From: Octopus bimaculoides
Lineage: Eukaryota
Direction of reading: 5' to 3'
Assembly (NCBI RefSeq): GCF_001194135.2
Contig: NC_068983.1
Coordinates: 131,555,714 to 131,619,713 of the forward strand
Length of the DNA stretch: 64,000 bases
The translations under genes and the position numbers were made by a program. This document shows, piece by piece, positions 51,586 through 64,000 of this stretch. Under the pieces are notes generated by a model, which did no database searches, was not told the origin of the DNA, and was given only the letters and a program-made list of their open reading frames with translations. Within the stretch, counting starts at the first letter, position 1; each line of letters opens with the position of its first letter.

Positions 51586-52132
51586 GTCGCTTCCCTCGTC
51601 ATTAACCCCCACTTAACCGTAGTTTTCATCTTTATCACTCTCCCTATTTCCTTTCCTACTAATTAATTCCTTTCTTTGTCTACTAACTTCACACTCCTAT
51701 TTTATAAAGCATTTGTTCATTCCGCCCCCAACCGCCTTAATTCCGCCTTAATTCACAATTGTCCAAATAGGGACTCTCTAGGTTTTAATAACAGTGCTGG
51801 TATTGTTCATTCCTTCGTATTGTAATTGTTTACATGTTTGTTTTGTTTTTTTATATACAATGTCCTAATCGGTCTTTGAGACACAACATAAACTACTTTT
51901 CCATAATTTTTGTATTTTATTTATCTATTTACACATACCCGTAATACGGTCTTAATAGCTTGACCCTTGTTTTTTAATTTAACTGACCGGTTATATCGAA
52001 AGCTGGACTCTGGTCAATCCCATTACGGGTAATAGGTGGTTGGACTTTACAACATATCAGTAAGTAAATAATTGTAATTAATTGATGGGTATTTTAAATT
52101 TAATTCCTGATAAACTCATGCTTATCTTTGTC

Positions 52133-52172
<40 letters not shown>

Positions 52173-52182
<10 letters not shown>

Positions 52183-52552
52183 CTTTAAATACATATACTA
52201 ATGTATATGCTTTGTGTATTTTCTGGTGGCTGCAATGGCGTAGCGGAGTATATAACTCTCATGTCGCCGGTGTTAAAACACCTTAGGGCTATAGACAGGA
52301 GAGATAAGTCACCCTTAATCCCATTTATGAGGGATGGACACTGATGTTTCACTATTTGTGTGGTTTATCAACACCACCTACCCGCCTGGATAGAAGGCGA
52401 GTCAGCTAGCAAGTCTACCGACTTATATGCACATGGTTCAAAAGGGTTTTAACACCAGTGACTTGAGAGTTATATTCTCTACTACGCCATTACAGCCACC
52501 GGAAAACATAGAAAACATATGCATTAGTATATGTATTTTACAATATTTATTA
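52173..52552. mobile_element. MITE with TIRs of about 100 bp
   Basis: taaatacatatactaatg...ggtggctgcaatggcgtag...ggtgttaaaac (52186-52278) is mirrored at about 52446-52538. Confidence 0.75.
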
Positions 52553-52619
52553 TACTTGAGCTGCATTTACTTCATATGTACATTTTCTCTTAGTTATGCA
52601 ATTTCCGAGCATACCAGCT

Positions 52620-52897
52620 CATGATTTTGCACACCATGAGCATACAAGTCGTTGGACTGGCTAGCTGACTCGATTTCAAGCCAGGTGGGTAGGTGGTGTT
52701 GATAAGCCACAAAAATGGCGAAACATCGATGCTCATCACTCAAAAATGGGATTGAGGGTGAGTTATCTCGCCTGCCCATGGCTCTGAGGTGTTTTAACAC
52801 TGACAACATGGGAGTTATATACTCCGCTATGTCGTTGCAGCACCATAAAATACACAAAGCATATATATTAATATATGTATTTAACAATATTTATACT
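52620..52897. mobile_element. Second, inverted and one-ended copy of the same MITE
   Basis: 52630-52883 is the reverse complement of about 52186-52435 (e.g. ccaggtgggtaggtggtgttgataa vs ttatcaacaccacctacccgcctgg). Confidence 0.75.
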
Positions 52898-52937
52898 AGA
52901 GTTGTTTTTACTTTATATATACATATATATATATATA

Positions 52938-53008
<71 letters not shown>

Positions 53009-53046
53009 ATACATACAAATGTATACATACATACATATATGTATAT

Positions 53047-53077
<31 letters not shown>

Positions 53078-53497
53078 AACTGTTTTCAAGACATGACATT
53101 TTCTCTATATACAGGACACATCAAAGTGCTCAGTATATTTGAGCCATATGAAAATAGGAAAAAGAATGATCAGAGGCAAAAGATATGTTACTAACATATA
53201 TTTTGTTGTAAAATTATCATGAGCACAAATCATGTACTAAAAATATATGGAAATATAAATATATAAATACGCTTAATGATATATCAAAAATACATTAAAA
53301 ATATATATAGATATAAATATAGAAATACACTAAATATGATAAAACATCCAAGGGTATATTTTTTCCCTCTGAAGATATTACTTAATATTTACTTAATATT
53401 TACTGAGTATTAATTGAAACAGTTCTCAGTGATAATGATTAATTTGCTGTTATTAATAAACAATTATTAACTTCCCAATCTCCATTTCCTTTTCCTT

Positions 53498-53538
<41 letters not shown>

Positions 53539-53578
53539 ATCTCCCTCTCTTTCTATCTCTCTCTCATTCTCTCTCTCC

Positions 53579-53613
<35 letters not shown>

Positions 53614-54055
53614 TATATATANNNNNNNNNNNNNNNNNNNNNNNNNNNNNNNNNNNNNNNNNNNNNNNNNNNNNNNNNNNNNNNNNNNNNNNNNNNNNNN
53701 NNNNNNNNNNNNNNNNNNNNNNNNNNNNNNNNNNNNNNNNNNNNNNNNNNNNNNNNNNNNNNNNNNNNNNNNNNNNNNNNNNNNNNNNNNNNNNNNNNNN
53801 NNNNNNNNNNNNNNNNNNNNNNNNNNNNNNNNNNNNNNNNNNNNNNNNNNNNNNNNNNNNNNNNNNNNNNNNNNNNNNNNNNNNNNNNNNNNNNNNNNNN
53901 NNNNNNNNNNNNNNNNNNNNNNNNNNNNNNNNNNNNNNNNNNNNNNNNNNNNNNNNNNNNNNNNNNNNNNNNNNNNNNNNNNNNNNNNNNNNNNNNNNNN
54001 NNNNNNNNNNNNNNNNNNNNNNNNNNNNNNNNNNNNNNNNNNNNNNNNNNNNNNN

Positions 54056-54127
<72 letters not shown>

Positions 54128-54728
54128 TTGAACACCCATAATTGATTCAAAGTGAAAACTTCGCAGTTTAAAATGAAAAAAAAAGCAATATATCACTTAC
54201 ACCTCTGCTCCATTTGTGAATTTTTAATATAAAACAATTTGACTGCATTTCTGTTAAAACACTGGTCGGTTTGAAGTGTTCCTATTAGAACACCACCACA
54301 CCATCACATATCAGGCATTAACACACCAAAGCACAACCTCCTTTACGAAGCTGCTATCATACACCATCATAGACACCCACTCAACATCGCACATTAACAG
54401 ACCATCACACCTCATTTTGTGCTTCATTCACGTTTTATTAGCACAGAGACATCACTGAAAGTTTGTGGCTATTGTGAAACTATTACAATAATCTGTTAGT
54501 AATTAAACATTATCATAGACTGCCGATGTCTTTGTAGTTTTAGGTTGATAGTCAATGCCATGATATACTGGTAGCTATGTTTGCATTGTGAACTCTGCAA
54601 CAGAAATATTTGAAGTATCTATGTACAGATATGATCTTAATCATCTGTTATACACTTCAGTTTAGTAAGCATCTAAACAAACAAACGGTTACCAATATTT
54701 ATCAAACATATCTTACTGTTTTTTAAAG

Positions 54729-56067
54729 ATTATATATTTAGAATTCTTTGTTTGTCTGTCTGTCCTCTATGCATTCTCAAACGGCTCGACCAAATCAAGT
54801 CAAATTTTACAAGGTAATAGTTATTACACCCCACGAGTGTCAACAAGCAATTTGTTTTTTATCTCGATTAAAGCAATATAACATTTTATAGAGATAATCT
54901 TTCTATAGTCAACTATAGTACAAGACATTTTATACGACGACAATGATGATGACAACGTCATATTTTGTATATGAGTGTGTTTGTGTCTGTGAGTGTATGT
55001 GTGTAAGTGTATGAGTGTGTATGTGTCTGTAAGTGCGTATGTTTCCGCGTTAGATAGTTATTAAACGTACACATACATCTACAAATACATATACATATGT
55101 GACGACTGACATGATTTCTTTGTCCGTTTGTCTTTCTGCTCCCTATGAATTCTCAAACGGCTCGACCACGACGACAAAAAATGACAACGTCACATTTGTA
55201 TTTGAATGTGTCTGTGTCTGTGTGTATATATGTATGTGTGCGTGTCTGTGAGTGTGTGTGTGTCTGTGAGTGTGTATGTGTCTGAGTGTGTGTGTTTCCG
55301 CGTTAGATACGTCATTAAATACACACACTTCTACACATACATATGAATATGTGACGACTGACATGCAGGAATATATGTCTGCGTGTCTCTAAAATTCTTT
55401 GTCTGTCTGTCTATTCTCTATGCATTCTCAAACAGCTCGACCAAGCCAAACCAAATTTTACCAGGTAATAGTATTACACCGCCCCTTGAGTTAACATGTA
55501 ATTTTTTTATTTCGATTAAAACAATATAACATTTTATAGAGATAATCTTTCTATAACCAACTATAGTACAGGATATTTTATACCACGACAACGACGACGT
55601 CATATTTTGTATATGATTGTGTGTGTGTCTGTGAGTGTATGTGGGTAAGAGTATGAGTGTGTATGTGTCTGTGACTCTGTGTGTGTGTGTTTCCACGTTA
55701 GGTACGTTATTAAATACACACACATCTACACATACAAATACATATGTGACGACTGACATGCGTAAAAGTATGTCAGTGTTTCTCTCTTACTATACAATAT
55801 TACACTCCGCGAGTGTCAACATCTAATTTTTTTGAAATTTCAATTAAAACAATATCACACTTCATAGAAAGAATATTTCTATGGTCAACAATAGTACCGG
55901 ACATTTTCTATGAGTGTGTATGTGTCTGTGAGTGTGTGTTTTCGCCTTCCATACGTACAAGATAGTAAAGGACATATTATACCACGACGACGACGACGTC
56001 ACATTTTTATATGAGTGTGCATGTGTCTGTGAGTGTATTTGTGTGGGTGTATGAGTGTGTATGTGTC

Positions 56068-56110
<43 letters not shown>

Positions 56111-56911
56111 GCGATACAAACGTCATTAAACACACATCTACACATAATATACAAATGTGAAGACTGACATGCGTGAATGTATGTTAGTGTGTGTCTTTCT
56201 AACTATATCTATGTGAGTACATGTGAGAGCGAATGTGTGTATGTGTGATCATTTCTATTTCCATTTGGATTAAAACACACATCTACACATACTTATACAT
56301 ATGTGACGACTGAAAAAACAATGATAGGAAAACCTATGTATGTCTGTGTGTGTCTGTCTTACTATATGTATGTGAGTGTCGTTATATTTTGTATATGAAT
56401 GTGCATGTGTCTGTGTGGCTCAGTCTATGTTTCTTATTCTACAGCCAGACCAGCAATCCAATGTCAACCCTTCTTTTTCTGCTACATTTCAACAGTTAAT
56501 TTTCCCGTTGCCATCTCCCATTGTAGCCCATATGCAGAATGTACCCATTTACGTACAATATCACCTACATTCATTCGACTGTCACCTATACGATGGGTCG
56601 TGTTAGACGCAGTGCCGGCCACCGCAAAGGAGAGTATATCCACTGACATCTTTTCAGTGCGTTCAAAAATCACTTATCCCCCCAATCCTAATTTTAGGGT
56701 CTAGATTCCTCCAAACGGACGCATGACATGTCGCTTAGTCGAATTAGCCTATCATTTACTCCACAAATGTTTTGTCGTCAATGCTTCACTTTCCCGTATC
56801 ACCTGTTTCAACATAACTAATATATACTAATACACACATACATACATACATACATACATACATACACACTATGCCATTTTAATCCCGAGCAACGCCGGGT
56901 ATTTCTGATAG
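54729..56911 (+). mobile_element. Non-autonomous Helitron-like element with internal tandem units
   Basis: The 3' end has hairpin CCCG-agcaacgc-CGGG then tatttctgATAG|T (CTAG with one change). The 5' module tatatat..aattctttgtttgtctgtctgtc..tatgcattctcaaacggctcgacc is reiterated at about 54741, 55114 and 55390. Units end in gtgacgactgacatg. Confidence 0.6.
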
Positions 56912-58898
56912 TAGTTTTATAAATATTTTCAGTTAATTAATTTAATGTGTTAAACTTCCAAATACCTTTCTATGCCATTCGAAGCCCTGAATTGTAATGC
57001 TTTTAAGATGGGAATAGGCGATTATAGCGATTCTAAAACTTTACGGTTACGTTATAGTATCGACCAAGTAAAATTGAATGTCTCGACAGGATTTGAATAC
57101 AAAACCTTTAGATTTGTGTTCAAATCCTATAACTAAATACCGTAGGCATTTTGTCTGGCGCTCTAACGATTCTGCCAATCCTACACTCTTTATTTCACTG
57201 GAACAAATGCAAACAGTTCCTTTCATTTTTACTCCAAGAGGACACTACTCATTCTTTGAAATTTCCCGTCTCCCCCCGCATCATACAAACTCGCAAACGT
57301 TATTTATTGATTTTTGTCGACTGCGACTGCAATCTCGGCCTCTTCTTAATTTAAAATGATGGATAGATTGTTAATTGTGAAGTTAATGATAAATGATTAA
57401 AAGCCGGCACCTATGAAACACATTACTCCAAACTATGCGATGGGAAGAGATGCTAATGATTTTATTGACTTCAGCGAAATAAATTCTCTGAACTGAATAT
57501 ATGACTTGCTAGTAGCACTATCAACCAACATGATATCAAGCCAGTAGTATCACTAAAGGTGTTGCCACCCTGTGCGGTAACTGATAGCGTCATTCTTCCT
57601 CAGACATTCTTCTTTGCCATGTCATATAGAATCTGTAATGATTCCTTTTGAACTGATATTAACCGTAAATCATAATTTCCATAAATCAATGAATATAGTG
57701 ATATAAAATAGCAGCATAATTAAAAGAACACTATGAAACTATTAATTACAAATACATAAGTTAAATGTAATTACAAAATAAAATGATGTTTCGTGTAGTT
57801 AAGTTGAAAATGCGTTAAGATAACTGTAGAAATCGAATTAAAAAAAAAAATAAGAACTACATCAGAATTATGATTTGAAATTGAGCTTTACTGTTAAATG
57901 AAGGGCATCTATGATTTAGGTTTCATTTTCTAAAATACAGGCATGCACGCGCGCGCGCACACACACATAGATACATACATGCATACATGTATACATAATA
58001 CATACATACATACATACATGCATACGCATTCGCATATTTGGCGAGGGAGATTCTTTATCGAGAATACAGTAAATAATACCTCCAACTTTCGGCCCAGTTA
58101 AATAACTGGTTAATCTTGAGATGAATTAACCGTGGAGAGCCGTTTATTCAAGATTGTAATGATTTTCGACTGGAATGTGAGACTTCACTATGCAGTGAAT
58201 TACAACAAACAACATGGCTAGACACGACAACATCAACAACAACAAAGCTGAAGAACAGTAAGAAAACATCATCGCAAAAGGTAAATGAACCCTTTCTACT
58301 GTAGCTATAAAAGAAACCGCAACTGCAAACACATTTTTCTTGGAGTTATGAACCGAATAATGATTTATTTAACAGTTATAAAAGAGCTAAACAAAATCCC
58401 TCAAATTCCCCACTCTCTCAGAAAAGCACAAGAGATCCATCATCAACATTGTCATCTTATTATACTGTTTCTACCATAAGCACTACTAATACTTCAATTA
58501 GTGAGGGATCATGCCTTTCTCCTCACTCCCACTGTCCGCCTCAATCTCATTTTATATCTCACAACTCCATGATAATTCTGACTACTGTAAATAAAGGAAA
58601 ATCTATGAACTCACGAAACTCAAAAGTATACCGATATTCTCAACTCAAGAGACTGTGCATACGTAGTGACTGCAACTTCACCCATATATCTGGGACAAGA
58701 CACACAATTTGTAGTTGTAACAGCCAACGCAATAGCCCATATCTTATACCGACAAATATTAAATCAAACTTTATAACTTTTGCAATTATATATATATATA
58801 TATATATATATATNNNNNNNNNNNNNNNNNNNNNNNNNNNNNNNNNNNNNNNNNNNNNNNNNNNNNNNNNNNNNNNNNNNNNNNNNNNNNNNNNNNNN

Positions 58899-58942
<44 letters not shown>

Positions 58943-60499
58943 GTGTGTGTATGTATTTATGTATGTATATATATATATATGCAGATGTATACATATTTAT
59001 GTAGATGTATGTATATATATATATATATATAAGCAGTGTTTACGTATAATCACAATTTAGGTTAGTTGAAATATGTGACAAACATATTTCAACTAACCTA
59101 AAGTGTCATTATATATATAACGGACATAGTAAAAAATATTATTTTTCGTCTCTGTAGACTTCCGATTTTTCAAAACTATTGGAAAAGCAGAAGCTAAGAA
59201 ACAACTATTCAGATTTTTATAGTGAGAGAGAATCAGATACAATTTTAGACATACAGTATCACAAAGTGATGGCAATCAATTTGCAAATAAAGTTTCTCTC
59301 ATTTTCATTTAATTTCATGATCAGCGGAAGGAAGGCAGCACCTATAAAACATTTTGAGGATTTGCGAGATGGGTAAGGAGAAAGAAGGAAGTTGAACTGG
59401 ACCAGAGATGTGATCCGAAAGCTTGCACCGGAAAGGACTTCGCCCAAAGCATCCAAGGGCAAGAGGTAGTGCTAAACCAGTAGACGGGTTCATCTTATCA
59501 TCCAAGAGCAAGAACAATCACTGAGATGGGCTTCTACATAGTTTCCGTCTTTCAAATTTCATTCGCTAAGATTTGATCATCTCGTGGTTATGATTGGATA
59601 TACTTGTCCATTGTGCCACAGTGGAAAACGAACCCGAAACTATGTTGTTAGAAAGCGAACATCTTAACTATGCAGCCAACTTAGTATCCATTTTAATGTA
59701 ATTATGTTGTTCACAAAAAATATATCCATTATCTGAGAAAATGCTATTTTCAATGCTTTAAATAGATTACGGCAATATTAGTGCAGTGAAGTAGTCTTGT
59801 TCTAACCGCGACGATATCACTAGACATATATATTTAAAACATTATTACTACTCCTAGCAAAACATTAATATTGATCAATATGTAGTTTCGATGAGACATC
59901 TGGTAGTAAGATGTCAAAAATGATAGCTTTGCTGTCCTGCATCGTGTTAGCTTTATTGTTTTGGCTTGTGGCAAAGTCATTTGATATCACTGATGGTGTC
60001 GACATTTCTCACGTCAGCTAACTTTTCAGTTTGAAATTCAATTGTTCTCTGTGTAAACACTCACACTTATCACAGATACCACGCACACACACAAACTCAC
60101 ACAGCACGCACGCGAAAATACACATATACTCATACACACATACACACACAAATATACACACACATTTGTGTTTATAAGACTCTTAACCCAAGCATTAAGA
60201 AGACCAGTAATATAATAAAGAACTGACTACATCTACAACTGTGCAGTAAAAGAATTTTATTTTCATGAGCTCTACAGTATGCAAGAATGTTTCAAGTTTA
60301 ACGACTCAGGTTGTGTGTGTATGTATGTATGAATGTACGTATGTATGAATGTATGTATGTATGTATGTATGCATGCAGGTATATGTGTGTATGTATGCTA
60401 TTTTGCGTTTTTGGTTTTTAATTGCTTTAGCCACGAATTTTATAACGTATTTAGCATAATATTAATTGATCGTTATAATATCTTATTGTATGTTTATAT

Positions 60500-60886
60500 A
60501 TGTTGCTGGCACACCGTCGCTTACGCCATCGAGGGTTCCAGTTGATCCGATCAACGGAACAGCCTGCTCGTGAAATTAACGTGCAAGTGGCTGAGCACTC
60601 CACAGACACGTGTACCCTAAACGTATTTCTCGGGGATATTCAGCGTGACACATTGTGACAAGGCTGACCCTTTGAATTACAGGCACAACAGAAGTAAGAA
60701 ATAAGAGTGAGAGAAAGTTGTGGTGAAAGAGTACAGCAGGGTTCGCCACCACCTCCTGCCGGAGCCTGGGGGAGCTTTAGGTGTTTTCGCTCAATAAATA
60801 CTCACAACGCCCGGTCTGGGAATCGAAACTGCAATCCTATGACCGCGAGTCCGCTGCCCTAACCACTGGGCCATTGCGCCTCCACG
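60500..60886 (-). mobile_element. Full-length SINE family A with a 9-bp TSD
   Basis: A box TGGCCCAGTGG and B box GTTTCGATTCC on the minus strand. TSD TGTTTATAT at 60491-60499 and 60887-60895. Confidence 0.9.
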
Positions 60887-61529
60887 TGTTTATATGTATG
60901 TNNNNNNNNNNNNNNNNNNNNNNNNNNNNNNNNNNNNNNNNNNNNNNNNNNNNNNNNNNNNNNNNNNNNNNNNNNNNNNNNNNNNNNNNNNNNNNNNNNN
61001 NNNNNNNNNNNNNNNNNNNNNNNNNNNNNNNNNNNNNNNNNNNNNNNNNNNNNNNNNNNNNNNNNNNNNNNNNNNNNNNNNNNNNNNNNNNNNNNNNNNN
61101 NNNNNNNNNNNNNNNNNNNNNNNNNNNNNNNNNNNNNNNNNNNNNNNNNNNNNNNNNNNNNNNNNNNNNNNNNNNNNNNNNNNNNNNNNNNNNNNNNNNN
61201 NNNNNNNNNNNNNNNNNNNNNNNNNNNNNNNNNNNNNNNNNNNNNNNNNNNNNNNNNNNNNNNNNNNNNNNNNNNNNNNNNNNNNNNTTTTATATTCCTT
61301 CCCTTCTACCTGGAACGGCGTTCTTACACACGTGCTCAACATATAATATAGAGAGTAAGAGTAAAAGAGGGAGAGAGAGAGAGAGAGAGAGAAAGTGATA
61401 CATACAACGTCATAGATTAAACTTAACCTCTCAGTATTCTTTACCTATTTTTCATAACATTGATACGTAAAAACACATACAACCACACATACGTGATCTG
61501 TGACAACAACATACACATTGCTCCCGTTC

Positions 61530-62171
61530 TCCCCCTCTTCTTCTCTCGCTCTCTCAAACGCATACACGTGCAAGTAAACACAATCATTCACAAAAATATA
61601 ACTCATGTTCGTCAATGTGGCATAACTACGAGATGTACTCCACGACTTTAGAAGGTCATAACTTTTAGAAAAATGAATATTTTTTATGAAATTTTCTGCG
61701 CATATATTATTTATTATGTAGATTCCGAATATACAAGAATTTTTGGTAAAAGTGTTTTGGGAGGGGTGGGAGACAATTTTCGGAAATTCCATTTAAATTC
61801 CTCTTAATTTCCAGGAAAATGAATATTTTTTCGTGAAATTTTCTACAAATATACCTTGATGTATGTACATTTCGGGCATGTAGGAATTTTGAAGGAAATA
61901 ACTGCAGGTTATTTTTGAGAAGTGCTCCCCACTCGGTGGTGTTTCGGAGCAAGTCGCCCATATTTGTTTCATTTTACTCTATTAAGTGCGTATGTGCATC
62001 CGTAGATTTTTAATGAAGTAATAGTCAGTGAAGAGAAACCGTCATAAGAAAACTTTAAACTACCTCTATTCCTTTCTCCTCTTCTCTCTACTTCTTCCTT
62101 TCTCGCTCTCTCAAACGCATACACGTGCAAGTACACAATCATTCAGTAAAATATAACTCATGTTCGTCAAT
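61530..62171. repeat. Direct repeat of about 75 bp flanking an AT-rich insert
   Basis: tctcgctctctcaaacgcatacacgtgcaagta..acaatcattca..aaaatataactcatgttcgtcaat occurs at about 61543-61617 and 62101-62171. Confidence 0.8.
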
Positions 62172-62685
62172 TTAAGATCTACTTCCTGGAAAATTCCGAT
62201 GATTTCATGGAAAGTTCCGAGGATTTCACGCAAAATTCCAAGGATTTAATGGAAAGTTCCGATGATTTAATATCTACTTCATGGAAATTTCCGAGGATTT
62301 CAGGGAAATTCCAAAGATTTAATTGGAAGTTCTTAGGATTTCCTGGGAAGTTCCGAGGATTCAAGATCGACTTCCTGGAAAGTTCCGATGATTTAAGATC
62401 GACTTCCTGGAAGATTCCGAGGATTTCCTGGAAAGTTTCGAGGATTTCATGGAATGTTCCGAGGATTTATGATCGCCTTCCTAGAAAATTCCGATGATTT
62501 CATGGAAAATTCCGAGAATTTAAGATCGACTTCCTCGAAAATTCCGAGTATTTCATGGAAAGTTCCGATGATTTCCTGGAAAGTTCTGAAGGTTTTCTGG
62601 GAATTACAGAGGGCCAAAAATCGACTTCCCGGAAAATTCCGATGATTTCATGGAAAGCTCGGAGTGTTTCCTGGAAAGTTCAGAA
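62172..62685. repeat. Degenerate 21-bp minisatellite with interspersed units of about 32 bp
   Basis: Unit approximately GATTTCCTGGAAAGTTCCGAG. The longer units insert TTAAGATCGAC. Confidence 0.92.
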
Positions 62686-63023
62686 GGGAAAACGAGAAAC
62701 GTTGCCTACAAAGAAGCGCTCCACTGAAATGATGACGTCCAAATCACCCCAGTCATACGGAGTCAATGCCACACAACTTCACTCATTCACTTTATCGCTC
62801 TTTCTAATGCAATTCCCCTTTCTTCGACAAATTAACACAATCAATGGAAACATATGATACAATGATTTAATTCAATATAAAACATACTATCTGAAAGCGT
62901 TTGCAATAGTGAGTCCATAACTACCGTCTCAGCTATAACCTTGGAGCCCTAATAATCTGTTACATCACTTAGCTAGCGTACCTTGTCGTTTAGATCACCT
63001 GTGAACTAAACCCCCATATTTTG

Positions 63024-63079
<56 letters not shown>

Positions 63080-64000
63080 GCATATGCATACATTCACACA
63101 CATACACACGACGTGCACACACACACACACACATATTATGCATATGTGTATGTATATGTATATAATAAAAGAAAGTACAGTATTGCAACGATAATAAATT
63201 ATGTATTTGCTTACCTTTATTTCTAGATATCAGGTTTGACCTCGTCCAGTTTTATTAGCACAATAGTTCAATAGTAGTTTCCCAGAACGTGGATGGTGAG
63301 CACAGGTTTGAAATAGAACAATTCAAACACAAAACGCAATAGGTTCTTATGTACAAAATAAAGGCAAGGTTTCGTAACTGGCTGCTGAATTTTGTTCAGT
63401 TATTTGTATCGTGACTGTATTTTATAAATCTGATTGACTAATTTGTTTTCTGAAAAAAAAAAAAAAATAGATAAATAAAAAATAAAATAAAAATGATGTT
63501 ATTAACTGCTTGGCCCAGTGAAAAGATATAAAGTAATTATGTGTTTCGATACATTTGTTTCACACAGTTCATGGCATAAAAGTAAACTGAAAACAGTAGC
63601 ATACTTGTTTTAAAACAGAAATAGAAATCAAAAAATGATTGCATATTCAGCGTAGCGTGTCTTTTATTTAAGACAGTCGCTTCTGTTCTGCAGACATCTG
63701 CTGAAAGAAAGCTGTAATTTCCTCTCTTTTATTGAAGCGAAGTCAACAAGAGTTAAGATGCTATAAGACAAAAACAGCTTTAACATCTGAATAAATAACT
63801 AAAATGTCAGACAGACAACAGACTTATGATTGCCTCAAATAAACCTGTGACAGAACAGTGAATCTAAGAATGTTGCTAGTTGTACGAAAACTTGACTATG
63901 GCAGCTTCAGATCCACAAGTAAAGATAATTCCAATAGACATATATATGTACGTATATATACTTATACAAACGTATCCATAAATACACGCATATATATATA

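Noticed and set aside
60790-60886. tRNA gene
   Set aside because: It has A and B boxes but no closing acceptor stem, and it runs into a SINE body bounded by a TSD, so it is a SINE head.

Overview
AT-rich, repeat-dominated animal genomic DNA. The SINE, LINE and microsatellite content suggests an octopus or other cephalopod; this is inferred, not database-confirmed. Thirteen N-gaps, most flanked by microsatellites, indicate a short-read scaffold. The only host gene I can support is a StAR/STARD3-type START-domain lipid-transfer gene on the + strand. Two of its exons, both absent from the ORF track, were found by splice-site reading: 16407-16591 and the terminal coding exon 29357-29464. The expected intervening exon is not visible and may lie in a gap. 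The rest is transposon debris and simple repeats: several tRNA-derived SINE families and decayed Penelope-like, RTE, L1/Tx1, R4/Dong-like, Merlin, maT (DD37D) and Helitron fragments, plus MITE-like palindromes and minisatellites. The best leads are three minimal hammerhead-ribozyme motifs (one with a U3:A8 compensatory core), a SINE tail shared with an L1/Tx1 LINE, and a 21-bp minisatellite packed with STAT and kB-like motifs. I do not see a convincingly novel multi-gene system. Most ORF-track entries are microsatellite or gap artefacts. Repeat boundaries are approximate and all family calls come from manual motif reading.
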